A stretch of 50,897 nucleotides of DNA. Source: a virus. Lineage: Duplodnaviria; Caudoviricetes. Shown one piece after another: positions 35,998-45,375 of this stretch; the stretch's first letter is position 1; each line of letters opens with the position of its first letter. The stretch spans positions 1 to 50,897 of IMG/VR virus record IMGVR_UViG_3300027811_000006. One strand, 5' to 3'. The notes under the pieces were generated by a model that searched no databases, was not told the DNA's origin, and was given only the letters and a program-made list of their open reading frames with translations. Both the position numbers and the translations under genes were made by a program.

Positions 35998-38834
35998 AAT
36001 TCCTCCTTCTCATCTATCTGTTGTACCAATTTTTCAATGAGCATTTTCTTCAGTAAGGTTATAAAACCAGAAGATTTTGTATATTGTATTCCTTCTCGGA
36101 ACAGAGCTCTTTTTCTAACAAATAATGATAATATCTTTTGACCACTATCTCTTGGAACTTCACACCAATCACAAATATCTGCAAGCATAATAGATTCACT
36201 ATGAAGAAGCTGTTCAACTAAATCTTTTGGATATTTTGTAGCTTTAATTTGCTTTTCTATTAAGATGTCGTCTTTAATTGTGGAAGTATATTCTAATGCT
36301 ACAGAGAAATCCTTATATCCACAGTAGGGACTCATATAGTTTCTGTACAGGAAATCACAAACATATTGAACGTGACAAGGTCTTACAATGACAGTTGTTT
36401 CTTCTGTTGAAAATGTTCTACAAGCTAAAGAAATCGCTAATCGCATCAACTTGTATCGCATAGTTCCTTTATCACATAACGGAATAGTCTCAGAGAAATC
36501 TTTACATAATTTCTGAGATAAAGATAAGCAAAGTTCTGCAGTCTTCTCAGATATTTCAATGTCTTCGAGACTACGTGTCCAAGCCCAAAGAACTGCCTTT
36601 CTACAAATTTCGTTAGAATAATAGGGATCTTGCACTTTGTGAGAAGCTATAAGTTTATTGATTTCTATGGCTTGAATTTCTTTTTCTGAAAGAACAATAG
36701 CATAATCAAATCTGCGAATGTCTTCCAAACTGCCGATTAATTCTCTTATGATTTCTACTCCATAGGTATAAGAAGAAACAGGTTTATCGCTGCGTGGATT
36801 AGAAATCATTATAAGTCTAGTTCTTGCAAAAGCACTTCGCCGTTCTATTTTCGTTATCTGTGCTTTACCACTGGATCTCATATCTGTAAGTTTTCCAAGA
36901 ACTCGCGGATCGGCTCCTTTTATTTCTTCCATTATCACTAACTGTTTATCGTGAATAGGTATGATTCCCCACGCTACGAACCATCGTGTGCCGATTTGTT
37001 GTAGACCTCCTAATAGTCCTGCTTCAGATGCGTTCTTACAATCGTGACGAGTTCCCAAACCATAATGTTCTATGAGACGTATAGCGACTTCACTTTTTCC
37101 TTGCGAACTATCACCAGTTATTAAACAGTTGACCCATCCGTGCTGAGCTCTACCTTCAAATGGGAAATGTAAAACAGAATGATATGCTAAATCAAATGCT
37201 AGATGAAGATCTTGTCGATGAAAAATTCGAGTAACATTAAAAGCTAAATCGATATAAATATCTTCTAACTTCTTTGTTAGACTTTCTAAGGTCCAATCTG
37301 CAGGTTGAAAAATCTTCAATCGTTCTAAGTCTTGATCACTGAATCTACAAGATGTCAGACTGTCTTCTATTTCTTCTACATTATCTACTAATAAAACCGC
37401 TTGAGAAGTTGAAGGATTCGGAAAAGTTCTGCCCTGCATTTTATAGGGAGTATTCAAATCTAGATGTTGATCTGAAACGATATAAGCTGGTTGAACAATA
37501 TGTTCTCTATTATCTCCGTCTAATTCCAAGGGTGAAGTCAGTCTGCTATCTAAAACATTGTAAAATTTCTGCGGATAGAATTCTGCTATCTTACATCCAG
37601 GAGCTCCTATAGCGGTAAGAATGGCAAATCTTAAATTCTTCTGAGACATATTGACCATTTCTAATATGCCGACATTAGAAGGTTCAACAGTAACGAACGT
37701 CAAACCTCTTTGTTCATCCATCTTTAACATATTTATTTTACATCCATCACAAAATGGTTGATCTCTTGTGCATTTCACTCCTATAATACTTGGAACTATG
37801 AACGGTACAGTATCTAAGGCCGATATTATTGCGTTACAATGAATACGTTTTCCTATTTGTTCTGCTCGTGCGGCTTCTATCAATTTACAATCAATAATTT
37901 CCTCAGTTTCTTTAATAGAAGGAGCTATGAATTTTAGAGCTGTCTTCATTAAAGTTAGAAAATCTTCACTCGTAGCTCCTTCACTACCGACCCAGTCGTT
38001 GATATCACCCTTTGGATATTTTATTACGTCTAGAGGTAGATCTATGAAATAGATAATCTTAACGATTTTATGAATGGCATTGGCAATTATTCGTCTCGCC
38101 ACTAATCCCGCTTGATCTACATCCATACAGATAAAAACATATTTATTTTTTATAAGATCGTTGAAATTATGATCCCAATTCCCCTCTCCTGCTGTCACTG
38201 TGATAGCTCCGACTTGATGCGGATTCAATTTTCGTGCCGCTACAAGAGCCTTCATTTCTCCACCACAGATCCATATAGTTGGATACACGATTTGTTTTAT
38301 CGGGTAGAGAGACATTGTAGTATAGCCACGAACATTTTTCATTTTCTCAGGTCCGGGAGCTCCCGGCAAATACTTTCGAATATTGATAACACGACCTTCC
38401 ATATCATAGATAGGAATCATAATCCTACCTTGAAAGTATCCTAATCTTGCCGCTTTTATATCTTCATCTATGATGCCTCTATCGTACAGTTGTTTTAAGA
38501 ACGGACCAGAATTCCAAATTGCCTTATGATATTCTTCTATTCGTTCTTGATTTATAACTTTGATAGTTTCTAAATCTGGATAACGAGATAGCAAATCAAC
38601 GATAATTGTTCGACGTTCACATCTTCCTATATGAGCGAGTAAAGATACTATGTCGCCTGCTGCTTTACAGACGTGACATCGCCAGAGATTCTTTTCAACA
38701 TTAAGCGATGCACTTGGAGTTTGATCATCGTGACACGGACAGAGGCAACGAACCTCGTTAGTAGATGAAGGTTCGTACCTCCATCCGTATCGATCCAGCT
38801 CACTTAGAGCGTTTATCTTTTCAATCCGTAGCAT
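35994..38834 (-). CDS. DnaG-type primase (Zn finger + TOPRIM) fused to MCM-like AAA+ helicase
   Basis: CPCHDD..PS...WRCHVC...GD; ICGGE and MDVD.AG TOPRIM; GDINDW; GDSSQGKS, MEEI, ISNP and RRFD (MCM-like Walker A, Walker B, sensor 1, Arg finger). Confidence 0.8.
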   Translation of the reverse strand: MLRIEKINALSELDRYGWRYEPSSTNEVRCLCPCHDDQTPSASLNVEKNLWRCHVCKAAGDIVSLLAHIGRCERRTIIVDLLSRYPDLETIKVINQERIEEYHKAIWNSGPFLKQLYDRGIIDEDIKAARLGYFQGRIMIPIYDMEGRVINIRKYLPGAPGPEKMKNVRGYTTMSLYPIKQIVYPTIWICGGEMKALVAARKLNPHQVGAITVTAGEGNWDHNFNDLIKNKYVFICMDVDQAGLVARRIIANAIHKIVKIIYFIDLPLDVIKYPKGDINDWVGSEGATSEDFLTLMKTALKFIAPSIKETEEIIDCKLIEAARAEQIGKRIHCNAIISALDTVPFIVPSIIGVKCTRDQPFCDGCKINMLKMDEQRGLTFVTVEPSNVGILEMVNMSQKNLRFAILTAIGAPGCKIAEFYPQKFYNVLDSRLTSPLELDGDNREHIVQPAYIVSDQHLDLNTPYKMQGRTFPNPSTSQAVLLVDNVEEIEDSLTSCRFSDQDLERLKIFQPADWTLESLTKKLEDIYIDLAFNVTRIFHRQDLHLAFDLAYHSVLHFPFEGRAQHGWVNCLITGDSSQGKSEVAIRLIEHYGLGTRHDCKNASEAGLLGGLQQIGTRWFVAWGIIPIHDKQLVIMEEIKGADPRVLGKLTDMRSSGKAQITKIERRSAFARTRLIMISNPRSDKPVSSYTYGVEIIRELIGSLEDIRRFDYAIVLSEKEIQAIEINKLIASHKVQDPYYSNEICRKAVLWAWTRSLEDIEISEKTAELCLSLSQKLCKDFSETIPLCDKGTMRYKLMRLAISLACRTFSTEETTVIVRPCHVQYVCDFLYRNYMSPYCGYKDFSVALEYTSTIKDDILIEKQIKATKYPKDLVEQLLHSESIMLADICDWCEVPRDSGQKILSLFVRKRALFREGIQYTKSSGFITLLKKMLIEKLVQQIDEKEEF

Positions 38835-38849
38835 TGTATTTCGTGAAAC

Positions 38850-39686
38850 TCAAAATTCGCCGGAATCATTGACTGCTGTTTCTTCAGGTACTTCGTCATC
38901 AACGAGCAGTCTTTGTTTCTCAAACAAATCCTTCATCTCAAGATGCAATCTTCGCATCCCGTCAGCTTCTTCTGGATTGATAATAGATGGATCCGAAGGC
39001 TCAAATTTGAATCCATACCACCTCTTGTCTTTAGTTGGCTCTCGATAAACCGGACTGAACGTCCACACTTGTGCCCACAACGGAACCGCCACAGATCTAT
39101 CAGATATCATCTGCCGTCTCAGAGATATTGCAGAAATGAAGTTCTTTCCTTGACTGAATTCTCCCCGTTCAAAACTCAAAGTTACGGGAGTTCCTACAAG
39201 GGGATGTTCGCCATAGATGAGACTGATGAATCGTAGATGTTCCACAAATCGATATCTACATTGATCACTCTCGGTTAAGCCATCTTGACCAGGATATATT
39301 TCATATCTTCTTTTAAGATTCCTGGCTCTTTTAGCAATATCACTACTTGGATCAAAGCTTCTTTCTTCCACCATCGGTCCAGATTGTGATTTCAGATCTT
39401 GCCACTTTGCAAATTCTACGAAGAAGAAAATTGGAACGATTTGGAATTCATTTGGGTCTTCTTCGTGTTTGCAAATGAGTACATCGCCAGGACGTAGAAT
39501 CGCTGAACCTTCTCCGAATTGCTTTTTCAAAGCATTATCTGTTGTGCTTTGAATCAACTTAATTCGGGGAACTATTCTGTGTTCTCGGAGAGTATCTAGA
39601 CTGTGATCATCTTCCACATATTCGGCGAGAAAATTGGGATCTATGCCTTCAACCTTCTTTATTCCGGTTTCAGTTCTCTTACTCAT
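38850..39686 (-). CDS. probable single-stranded DNA-binding protein
   Basis: PRIKLIQS motif, acidic C-terminus ending in F, position in the replication module. Confidence 0.6.
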   Translation of the reverse strand: MSKRTETGIKKVEGIDPNFLAEYVEDDHSLDTLREHRIVPRIKLIQSTTDNALKKQFGEGSAILRPGDVLICKHEEDPNEFQIVPIFFFVEFAKWQDLKSQSGPMVEERSFDPSSDIAKRARNLKRRYEIYPGQDGLTESDQCRYRFVEHLRFISLIYGEHPLVGTPVTLSFERGEFSQGKNFISAISLRRQMISDRSVAVPLWAQVWTFSPVYREPTKDKRWYGFKFEPSDPSIINPEEADGMRRLHLEMKDLFEKQRLLVDDEVPEETAVNDSGEF

Positions 39687-40221
39687 CTATTTGTCCTTTC
39701 CTTCGATACTGCATAATATATTGAGGATATTTCTTACCTAATCCTTCAGGAATAGGTAATCCATTAGCAACCCTTTCTGTGCAGAAATTAGTTACCGCGT
39801 TCCAATCTAATTTCAATATCCCTTGTTCAATTATCTCTTCTGGAACTCCTAATTGCCTACAAAATTTGAAATACTCATCTGAACCTTTTCGTGGAAGTGC
39901 TGCTTGCATTTTTACATCTGGAGTTCCAGTAGCGTATCTCCCCTCTATCGTCATCTTAATTGTAGGATCTTGAATTGCATCCCTTGTTAAATTATATGCA
40001 GCGATACTTCCACATAATTCTTTTCTTGCTTTTACCTCCTTTCTTAATTCATCGAACATATTTTCCATTTCTTTACAGAAGAAACCTATATCTACTAAAT
40101 CTTCATTTTTTAGTTTTCTTTGTTTTATTGGATCAGTGATTTCTATCATCATTCCACAAATGAGATTGTAGAAATTATGACTATCACTTAGTAACTGTTT
40201 TATTTTCTGTATCATTATCAA
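39679..40221 (-). CDS. hypothetical replication-module protein
   Basis: ORF track; ..G.PIPEGL C-terminal motif; adjacent to the SSB gene. Confidence 0.6.
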   Translation of the reverse strand: MIMIQKIKQLLSDSHNFYNLICGMMIEITDPIKQRKLKNEDLVDIGFFCKEMENMFDELRKEVKARKELCGSIAAYNLTRDAIQDPTIKMTIEGRYATGTPDVKMQAALPRKGSDEYFKFCRQLGVPEEIIEQGILKLDWNAVTNFCTERVANGLPIPEGLGKKYPQYIMQYRRKGQIDE

Positions 40222-40522
40222 ACTCCAATGTTCTTAATTTATATTTGCAATCAGGAGCATTGAACATCAATACTTTTAAGGAGCTATATTTGTGACTCAA
40301 AACTGCTAAGAATAATTGAAGTAAGATAGATGGACCTGTAAGACAAACTAAATCTTCATCTGGGTTGAAATTTATTTGTTTCAATTTGCGATGATACATT
40401 CTGAGTAGCTTAGATGAATCGAATGGATCTACAAAGTTTTCTAAGATGAAGATTCGTTTGCCATATTCTTCGGCAGCTACAGAATCTAAACGATGGTTTT
40501 TTTGTAGTACAATAACTCTCAT
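40184..40522 (-). CDS. hypothetical protein
   Basis: AEEYG, FNPDEDLVCLTG and Y..R.L pattern. Confidence 0.6.
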   Translation of the reverse strand: MRVIVLQKNHRLDSVAAEEYGKRIFILENFVDPFDSSKLLRMYHRKLKQINFNPDEDLVCLTGPSILLQLFLAVLSHKYSSLKVLMFNAPDCKYKLRTLEFDNDTENKTVTK

Positions 40523-40758
40523 TTTATAGGCTCTCCAGTATATGGATCCCGTATTTCTGAATATTTTTGAACAAGAATTTGCTTACATATTTCTACGAAT
40601 AGATTAAAGAAAAGTTTGATTTCAATAACAATTCCTGGAGGAAACATTTCTGAGATGATATCTTTTATAATTCTCCATTCTATAGGAGTTATATAGAAAT
40701 TATAAGTGATGAAATTCGATATTACTTCTATCGGCGGTTTATAATTATCCATTATCAT
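40519..40758 (-). CDS. hypothetical protein
   Basis: ORF track; ATGA overlap. Confidence 0.5.
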   Translation of the reverse strand: MIMDNYKPPIEVISNFITYNFYITPIEWRIIKDIISEMFPPGIVIEIKLFFNLFVEICKQILVQKYSEIRDPYTGEPIK

Positions 40759-40813
40759 TGTCTTATTTTCCAGGCAAGATATAAGATTATCATCGGAATG
40801 CTGAAGATCGTAA

Positions 40814-41080
40814 TTATGTTTGTGATGACAGCAGATACCATTCTTTCACTTTCTGCATTTCTTCTTTAGAAATTTCTAATTTGTCCCAGACACCTATAGT
40901 CCCAAAACAAGCAGGCCATCCATTCCAAGCTGTACTGTTTAATACAGCTTCGAAACTTTCATAACCTGTAACTCCTCCTTTGATAATATGAATCCAACCA
41001 GATTGAAGATCTAAAGTTAAATCTACTTCTTTAGATTCATTAATTACACAATGAGTTCGAATTCCCTTAATTACTAACAT
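40814..41080 (-). CDS. hypothetical protein
   Basis: GGVTGYES and W.ACFGT...WDKL motifs. Confidence 0.6.
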   Translation of the reverse strand: MLVIKGIRTHCVINESKEVDLTLDLQSGWIHIIKGGVTGYESFEAVLNSTAWNGWPACFGTIGVWDKLEISKEEMQKVKEWYLLSSQT

Positions 41081-41093
41081 ATTTATACTTCTT

Positions 41094-41612
41094 TCATTTA
41101 GAAAAATTTCTAAGCTTCTTTATAATTCTGTTGTATCTATTTATTATTGTTGTCTTTGTTACTCCTATGATATCGGCTTGTTCTCGATTATAATATCCAC
41201 CGAAAAATCTTCGATATAATAAAAGTCGTTCTTCATCTGTAAGGCATTCTACTATTTCTTCATAATCTGACTTATGAAACTCTTTCATAGAAGATATCTT
41301 AGATTCCCTATCAAATTTCTTAATACGTTCTCTTAGAAATTGATACATTGATCTAATATAATCATTGTAGTTTGATGAATCTTCATATCTTGCTTGGCGA
41401 ATCCAGGCCTCATTTATCAATTCTTCTTTAGATGTCCATCGACGATATTCTAGTTTGTGCAGTATATTAGTCGCCGCAGCTTCTAATATTTTTCTTTTAT
41501 CTTCGTTCCAATGATTAGATTTATTTCTTAGAGGACGCGTTTGATTAACAAGTGATACAAAAAATCCAAAAGGCCAATTTGAATAGACAATATATTTCTT
41601 CTCGTTGAGACA
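41094..41612 (-). CDS. sigma-70 family (ECF-like) factor; start unresolved
   Basis: Region 2-like EELINEAWIR and region 4 LTDEER.LL..RFF.GY..REQADIIGVT..TI. The frame is open to 41612 but has no ATG upstream of region 2. Confidence 0.6.
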   Translation of the reverse strand, partial: CLNEKKYIVYSNWPFGFFVSLVNQTRPLRNKSNHWNEDKRKILEAAATNILHKLEYRRWTSKEELINEAWIRQARYEDSSNYNDYIRSMYQFLRERIKKFDRESKISSMKEFHKSDYEEIVECLTDEERLLLYRRFFGGYYNREQADIIGVTKTTIINRYNRIIKKLRNFSK

Positions 41613-41707
41613 TCACATTTCCTATTGTACACGAAATTGTACTTTAAGATCGATAAAATTTGGATCTTCGGTAGATGGAGTCAATATACTTGAAGTGATG
41701 ATCAAAG

Positions 41708-41845
41708 TCACATTACTTCGTAGAATAATTGATTTCCATTCTGATCTGCTATAACGAAAATTGTAGCTAATACTTTCGTTATCGGCATCATCAGTACTGC
41801 CAACAATCCTAGAATGATCACAAATAAAATTACTTTCTTCTTCAT
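41708..41845 (-). CDS. short signal-peptide ORF (45 aa), possibly frameshift-truncated
   Basis: AAGGA RBS; MKKKVILFVIILGLLAVLMMPITKVLA... Confidence 0.45.
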   Translation of the reverse strand: MKKKVILFVIILGLLAVLMMPITKVLATIFVIADQNGNQLFYEVM

Positions 41846-42056
41846 TTCAAATCCTTTTAAATTACTTTCTTTGACCTATATTGGTTTTAACTGCAACATA
41901 AAATTCGCAATATCAAGCAAGTAATCGCTCTCGCAGATTTGCATTATCAATAAGAAGACGTTTGATAATAATATGCTCTTCCCCGGCAACGATCATCATT
42001 TCAGTTGACATTAATCCTTCGAAAATAGAAGGATTGATTCTTCTCGAATTTATACC

Positions 42057-42293
42057 TTATAGAGCCTTTTCTAAAGTAGTTCCACAAGATCCAACGTATT
42101 GAATTCCATCTTTCCACCACGCAAATTCTCTAATTCCTGCTTCATATCCTAAACTGTATAATCGTCTTTTCTCCGATTCTACAATATCGATATGAACATA
42201 TTCAATTCCATTTTGATGTATCTTCTCAGGAGCCATCATTCTATTCCAAAGGAAACAGAGTTGCTGGAGGAGAGTTCGTGTGCGGGACAGCAA
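42057..42293 (-). CDS. hypothetical protein (likely start MMAPEK)
   Basis: GIREFAWWKDGIQYVGSCGTTL motif. Confidence 0.55.
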   Translation of the reverse strand: MLSRTRTLLQQLCFLWNRMMAPEKIHQNGIEYVHIDIVESEKRRLYSLGYEAGIREFAWWKDGIQYVGSCGTTLEKAL

Positions 42294-42439
42294 CTCTGTT
42301 TTAGAAGTGCTAATTCTTTCTTTTCAAATGCTAATTGCATAAAAGTTTCACAGCATTTCGGAAATTCTGTTGAATACGCAGAGATCTCATCCTGTGTTTT
42401 GAACTTCTTGCAGATCGTACACCACCAACCGATTTTCAT
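42236..42439 (-). CDS. small Cys-rich hypothetical protein
   Basis: WWCTICKK...PKCCE putative zinc ribbon. Confidence 0.5.
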   Translation of the reverse strand: MKIGWWCTICKKFKTQDEISAYSTEFPKCCETFMQLAFEKKELALLKQSCCPAHELSSSNSVSFGIE

Positions 42440-42441
42440 TG

Positions 42442-42729
42442 TTATGTCCTATAAGAAATATGTACCCAAGATCCAGAAGAAATGATTTCCGCCCAATTTA
42501 CTCTCGGACCATCTACTGTTCCTATGAAAGATTTTGTATAACTAAAATCGTGCATCGCAGATTGATAAGCGAATGCGAGTCTTTTGAATTTCTCCGCATC
42601 CCCTCCTTTGTCTGGGTGATGTTTTAATGCTAATTTATGGTACTCCTTCTTAATACACTCCGGAGATAAGTCTTTAACCTCACTAAGACCAAGTATCTTC
42701 AAGGCTTCTAATGGATGCATCAATTTCAT
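42442..42729 (-). CDS. DnaJ (J-domain) protein
   Basis: ILGL...IKKEYHKLALKHHPDKGGDAEKFK.L..AY with intact HPD. Confidence 0.9.
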   Translation of the reverse strand: MKLMHPLEALKILGLSEVKDLSPECIKKEYHKLALKHHPDKGGDAEKFKRLAFAYQSAMHDFSYTKSFIGTVDGPRVNWAEIISSGSWVHISYRT

Positions 42730-44810
42730 CTGTAACCTCTTAGAACATTGTCAAGAATATCTCTGATATCTTGTATAGTCATTGCCATTCTTCGCTTGTT
42801 TTTCACCCTATCTCTTATCTCTTCATCAATGGTTCCTGGAATAATTAAATCAGTATATTGAACATTATTCCTAGTCCCTCTACGATGTGCTCTATCTTCA
42901 GATTGAACTCTATCAACTGAACTCCAATTGCAGCTAAAATAAACCACGTGACCGGCATAAGTTTCGCAATTCTCTGGATGTTCAACATCATATCCTAATA
43001 GATTTAATCCTACGCCAGCCGAAGAAGGATTCCCAACAAACACCATACAATCTTTGTCTTGATTAAATTTCCTTTCTGCCATATCTGGTTCGCTTACTCT
43101 GCAATCTGGATGAATCACACGGTGATATCCGATATGATTGATTCCTTCTTTAACAAGTCTCTCAGATATCGCTCTCATATCTTCGATAAAACAAGCCCAA
43201 ACAATAAACTTGCAGTTCTTATCGTTGCTCCATTGCTCTTTCATAATTTCAATAAGAGCTTCTATCTTAGGATTCTTTTCACCAATTTGAATCACACTTC
43301 CTTTTACCATCTCATCTACTTCGAAATTTGCAGTATCATCTGTCTTAACAAATCCTGAACAGATTTGAGCCAATCTAAGCAGTTTTGTCAAAATATGATC
43401 TGCTGTTAAAGTTTGACCAGAAGCTTTCGCTTCAGCCATTAGCGAATCTATTTCGATAACTAATCTTGTAGCAACTTGTCGATAAAGTTCTGCTTGAACA
43501 GAAGTCATCTGTGTTTCATAAATATCGTAGACTTTATTTGGTAGATTGAGATTAGCATCTACTTTACGGAGTAGAAAAGACAATCTCGCAAGACGTTCTT
43601 GAATTAGAGGAATGGCCTTGAAACCTACTAAACGTTGAACTGCAGATTGATTATCTGTTTGTCTGTTGTCCCACTTTCCGTGAAATTCTCTGAAGTTCTT
43701 AAAAGTAGTGAAGCCAGACAATCCTGGTCCCAGCCATTCAAATTGAGACCACAGATCAAACATCGTATTCGTTATTGGAGTCCCAGTAAGAATCATCTTT
43801 GCAGTGGTTCGTATATCGTCGATTTTCATCACTGTTTTGAATCGTTTCGTATTAGGATTTTTGATTTTATGTGATTCATCAATTACCACAAGATCCCATT
43901 TCACCCTGCCAAGAGCATCCCAAATAGATTCTATCGAATCTAAACTTATTATCGTTGTAGACCAGCAGCAATCAGATTCCGTGCGAATTGCATCAATTAG
44001 ATCTTTGACCTTTTGAATTTTTCCGCCACGAAGAGCAACCACTTTTCCCGGAGTCGTTGCGAATCTTTCAAATTCTTTTTCCCAATTACGACGGACTTGT
44101 CTAGGACAAATAACAAGAGCACGGTACATTCCTTTATTCGCCTTTGTTTTTCGTCCTCCTTCAAAACAAACACGATTAATGACGACTGCTGTTTTTCCTG
44201 TTCCTTGTTCCATAAATAGAGCGTAAGAAGGAACAGCAAGAGATGCTAACATAGAAACTTTTTGATAAGGAGTGAGAGGAAGTGTAGGATGCTCAATAAA
44301 ATCTTTCGGCATTTCTGGATTTTGCTGAGTTGTCTTCCAAGTCGCTGCAATAAGAGCAGCTTTCGTTTGAACAAGGAATCGTTTAAGAAGAAAAGAATAT
44401 AACAGAACGGCTTCTTCACTCTTAAATATAAGATGATTTCCCGGCCAAGTATGATGAATAACCAAAGCAGTGAAATCAGTTCCTGCAAGACGCCAAGTTC
44501 CATAGGAGATTTGTTTTCGTTCTGGGATTCTTTGAACCCACTTTATAGCAGCGGTTGATGAAGGATAATCGTAGTATTTATCATCCTTGATAAATATCCC
44601 TTCATCAATATGTACGTGGACAGTTTCTCCGAGAAGATTTTCTGCTTTCCTAAGACAGACTGCCTTGCAGATAAAATGTTTCCCCTCCTTATCTACATCA
44701 ATTTCTAGAAAATCTCCTTGATAAAATGAAAGAGGTTGTAGAGTAGTAGAAGTGGCTCTAGAAAGTGGTTCCAGAACTGGGAATGCTGGAATCTTTATTT
44801 CTGTTACCAT
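42726..44810 (-). CDS. SNF2-family (SF2) helicase
   Basis: MEQGTGKT, IDESH.IKN, LTGTP..N..DLWSQ, GVGLNL and QSEDRAHR.G. Confidence 0.92.
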   Translation of the reverse strand: MVTEIKIPAFPVLEPLSRATSTTLQPLSFYQGDFLEIDVDKEGKHFICKAVCLRKAENLLGETVHVHIDEGIFIKDDKYYDYPSSTAAIKWVQRIPERKQISYGTWRLAGTDFTALVIHHTWPGNHLIFKSEEAVLLYSFLLKRFLVQTKAALIAATWKTTQQNPEMPKDFIEHPTLPLTPYQKVSMLASLAVPSYALFMEQGTGKTAVVINRVCFEGGRKTKANKGMYRALVICPRQVRRNWEKEFERFATTPGKVVALRGGKIQKVKDLIDAIRTESDCCWSTTIISLDSIESIWDALGRVKWDLVVIDESHKIKNPNTKRFKTVMKIDDIRTTAKMILTGTPITNTMFDLWSQFEWLGPGLSGFTTFKNFREFHGKWDNRQTDNQSAVQRLVGFKAIPLIQERLARLSFLLRKVDANLNLPNKVYDIYETQMTSVQAELYRQVATRLVIEIDSLMAEAKASGQTLTADHILTKLLRLAQICSGFVKTDDTANFEVDEMVKGSVIQIGEKNPKIEALIEIMKEQWSNDKNCKFIVWACFIEDMRAISERLVKEGINHIGYHRVIHPDCRVSEPDMAERKFNQDKDCMVFVGNPSSAGVGLNLLGYDVEHPENCETYAGHVVYFSCNWSSVDRVQSEDRAHRRGTRNNVQYTDLIIPGTIDEEIRDRVKNKRRMAMTIQDIRDILDNVLRGYR

Positions 44811-44857
44811 CTTTTCTCTTTTCTAATATTCTAATATTCTAATGTTCTTACTTTATA

Positions 44858-44886
44858 AGTATATTAAGTTACGCAGCAGTATGCAA
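44858..44886 (-). promoter_or_regulatory. sigma70-type early promoter
   Basis: TTGCAT-N17-TATACT upstream of the SNF2 helicase gene. Confidence 0.65.
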
Positions 44887-45054
44887 GCCTAAAATGGCCA
44901 AAATCAGAAAAAAACTTTGCTTGCGCATAAGTGAAATTTATAAGTGCTTGTATCTACTGGACTTACGGCGAATTCTCTCCCAGGTCGTTTTTGGCAAGGG
45001 TTTTACCCTGACCGGCCTCGTTCGGGGTCTGACGTCCTAATGGGGACTCTGGTT

Positions 45055-45375
45055 TTAACCCCCAACACCACTTCCATTGTCTTGCAGCAATTTTGTAAGA
45101 GATTTCACACTACCGTGAACTGCGTCCAATTTCATATCTAGAATTTCAATTGCAGATTTATGTATCATAATACATTCTTCCTTCGTTCTAAAAGATTTGA
45201 AAGTTTCATTATGCGAATGAAGATGCTTCAATAATCCTCCGAGAGTTATGGAAAGAATCAAAGAAATAAGTCCACAAAGTACAACGATAATCTTCCACAG
45301 TAAATCTTCTATGACAAATCCTGTAGCAGAAACTAAGATAGATTCTATCATCCAAATTATTTTGATCATTTTCAT
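45055..45375 (-). CDS. small membrane protein (holin-like candidate)
   Basis: One or two N-terminal TM segments plus a coiled-coil tail; last gene of the tail operon. Confidence 0.5.
   Translation of the reverse strand: MKMIKIIWMIESILVSATGFVIEDLLWKIIVVLCGLISLILSITLGGLLKHLHSHNETFKSFRTKEECIMIHKSAIEILDMKLDAVHGSVKSLTKLLQDNGSGVGG

Noticed and set aside
41613-41618. Genome-wide TGA recoding suggested by ATG TGA before the sigma frame
   Set aside because: TGA, TAG and TAA all end clearly complete genes (many ATGA overlaps), so the standard code fits
41774-41797. CTGATGA...GAAA on the minus strand resembling a fourth hammerhead core
   Set aside because: The intervening UGCCGAUAAC cannot form stem II, there are no flanking stems, and it lies inside an ORF (VLMMPITKV)
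44920-44947. dif-like site (CTTGCGCATAA resembles the E. coli XerC arm GGTGCGCATAA)
   Set aside because: The XerD arm is poorly matched; one half-site is not enough to claim Xer-mediated integration
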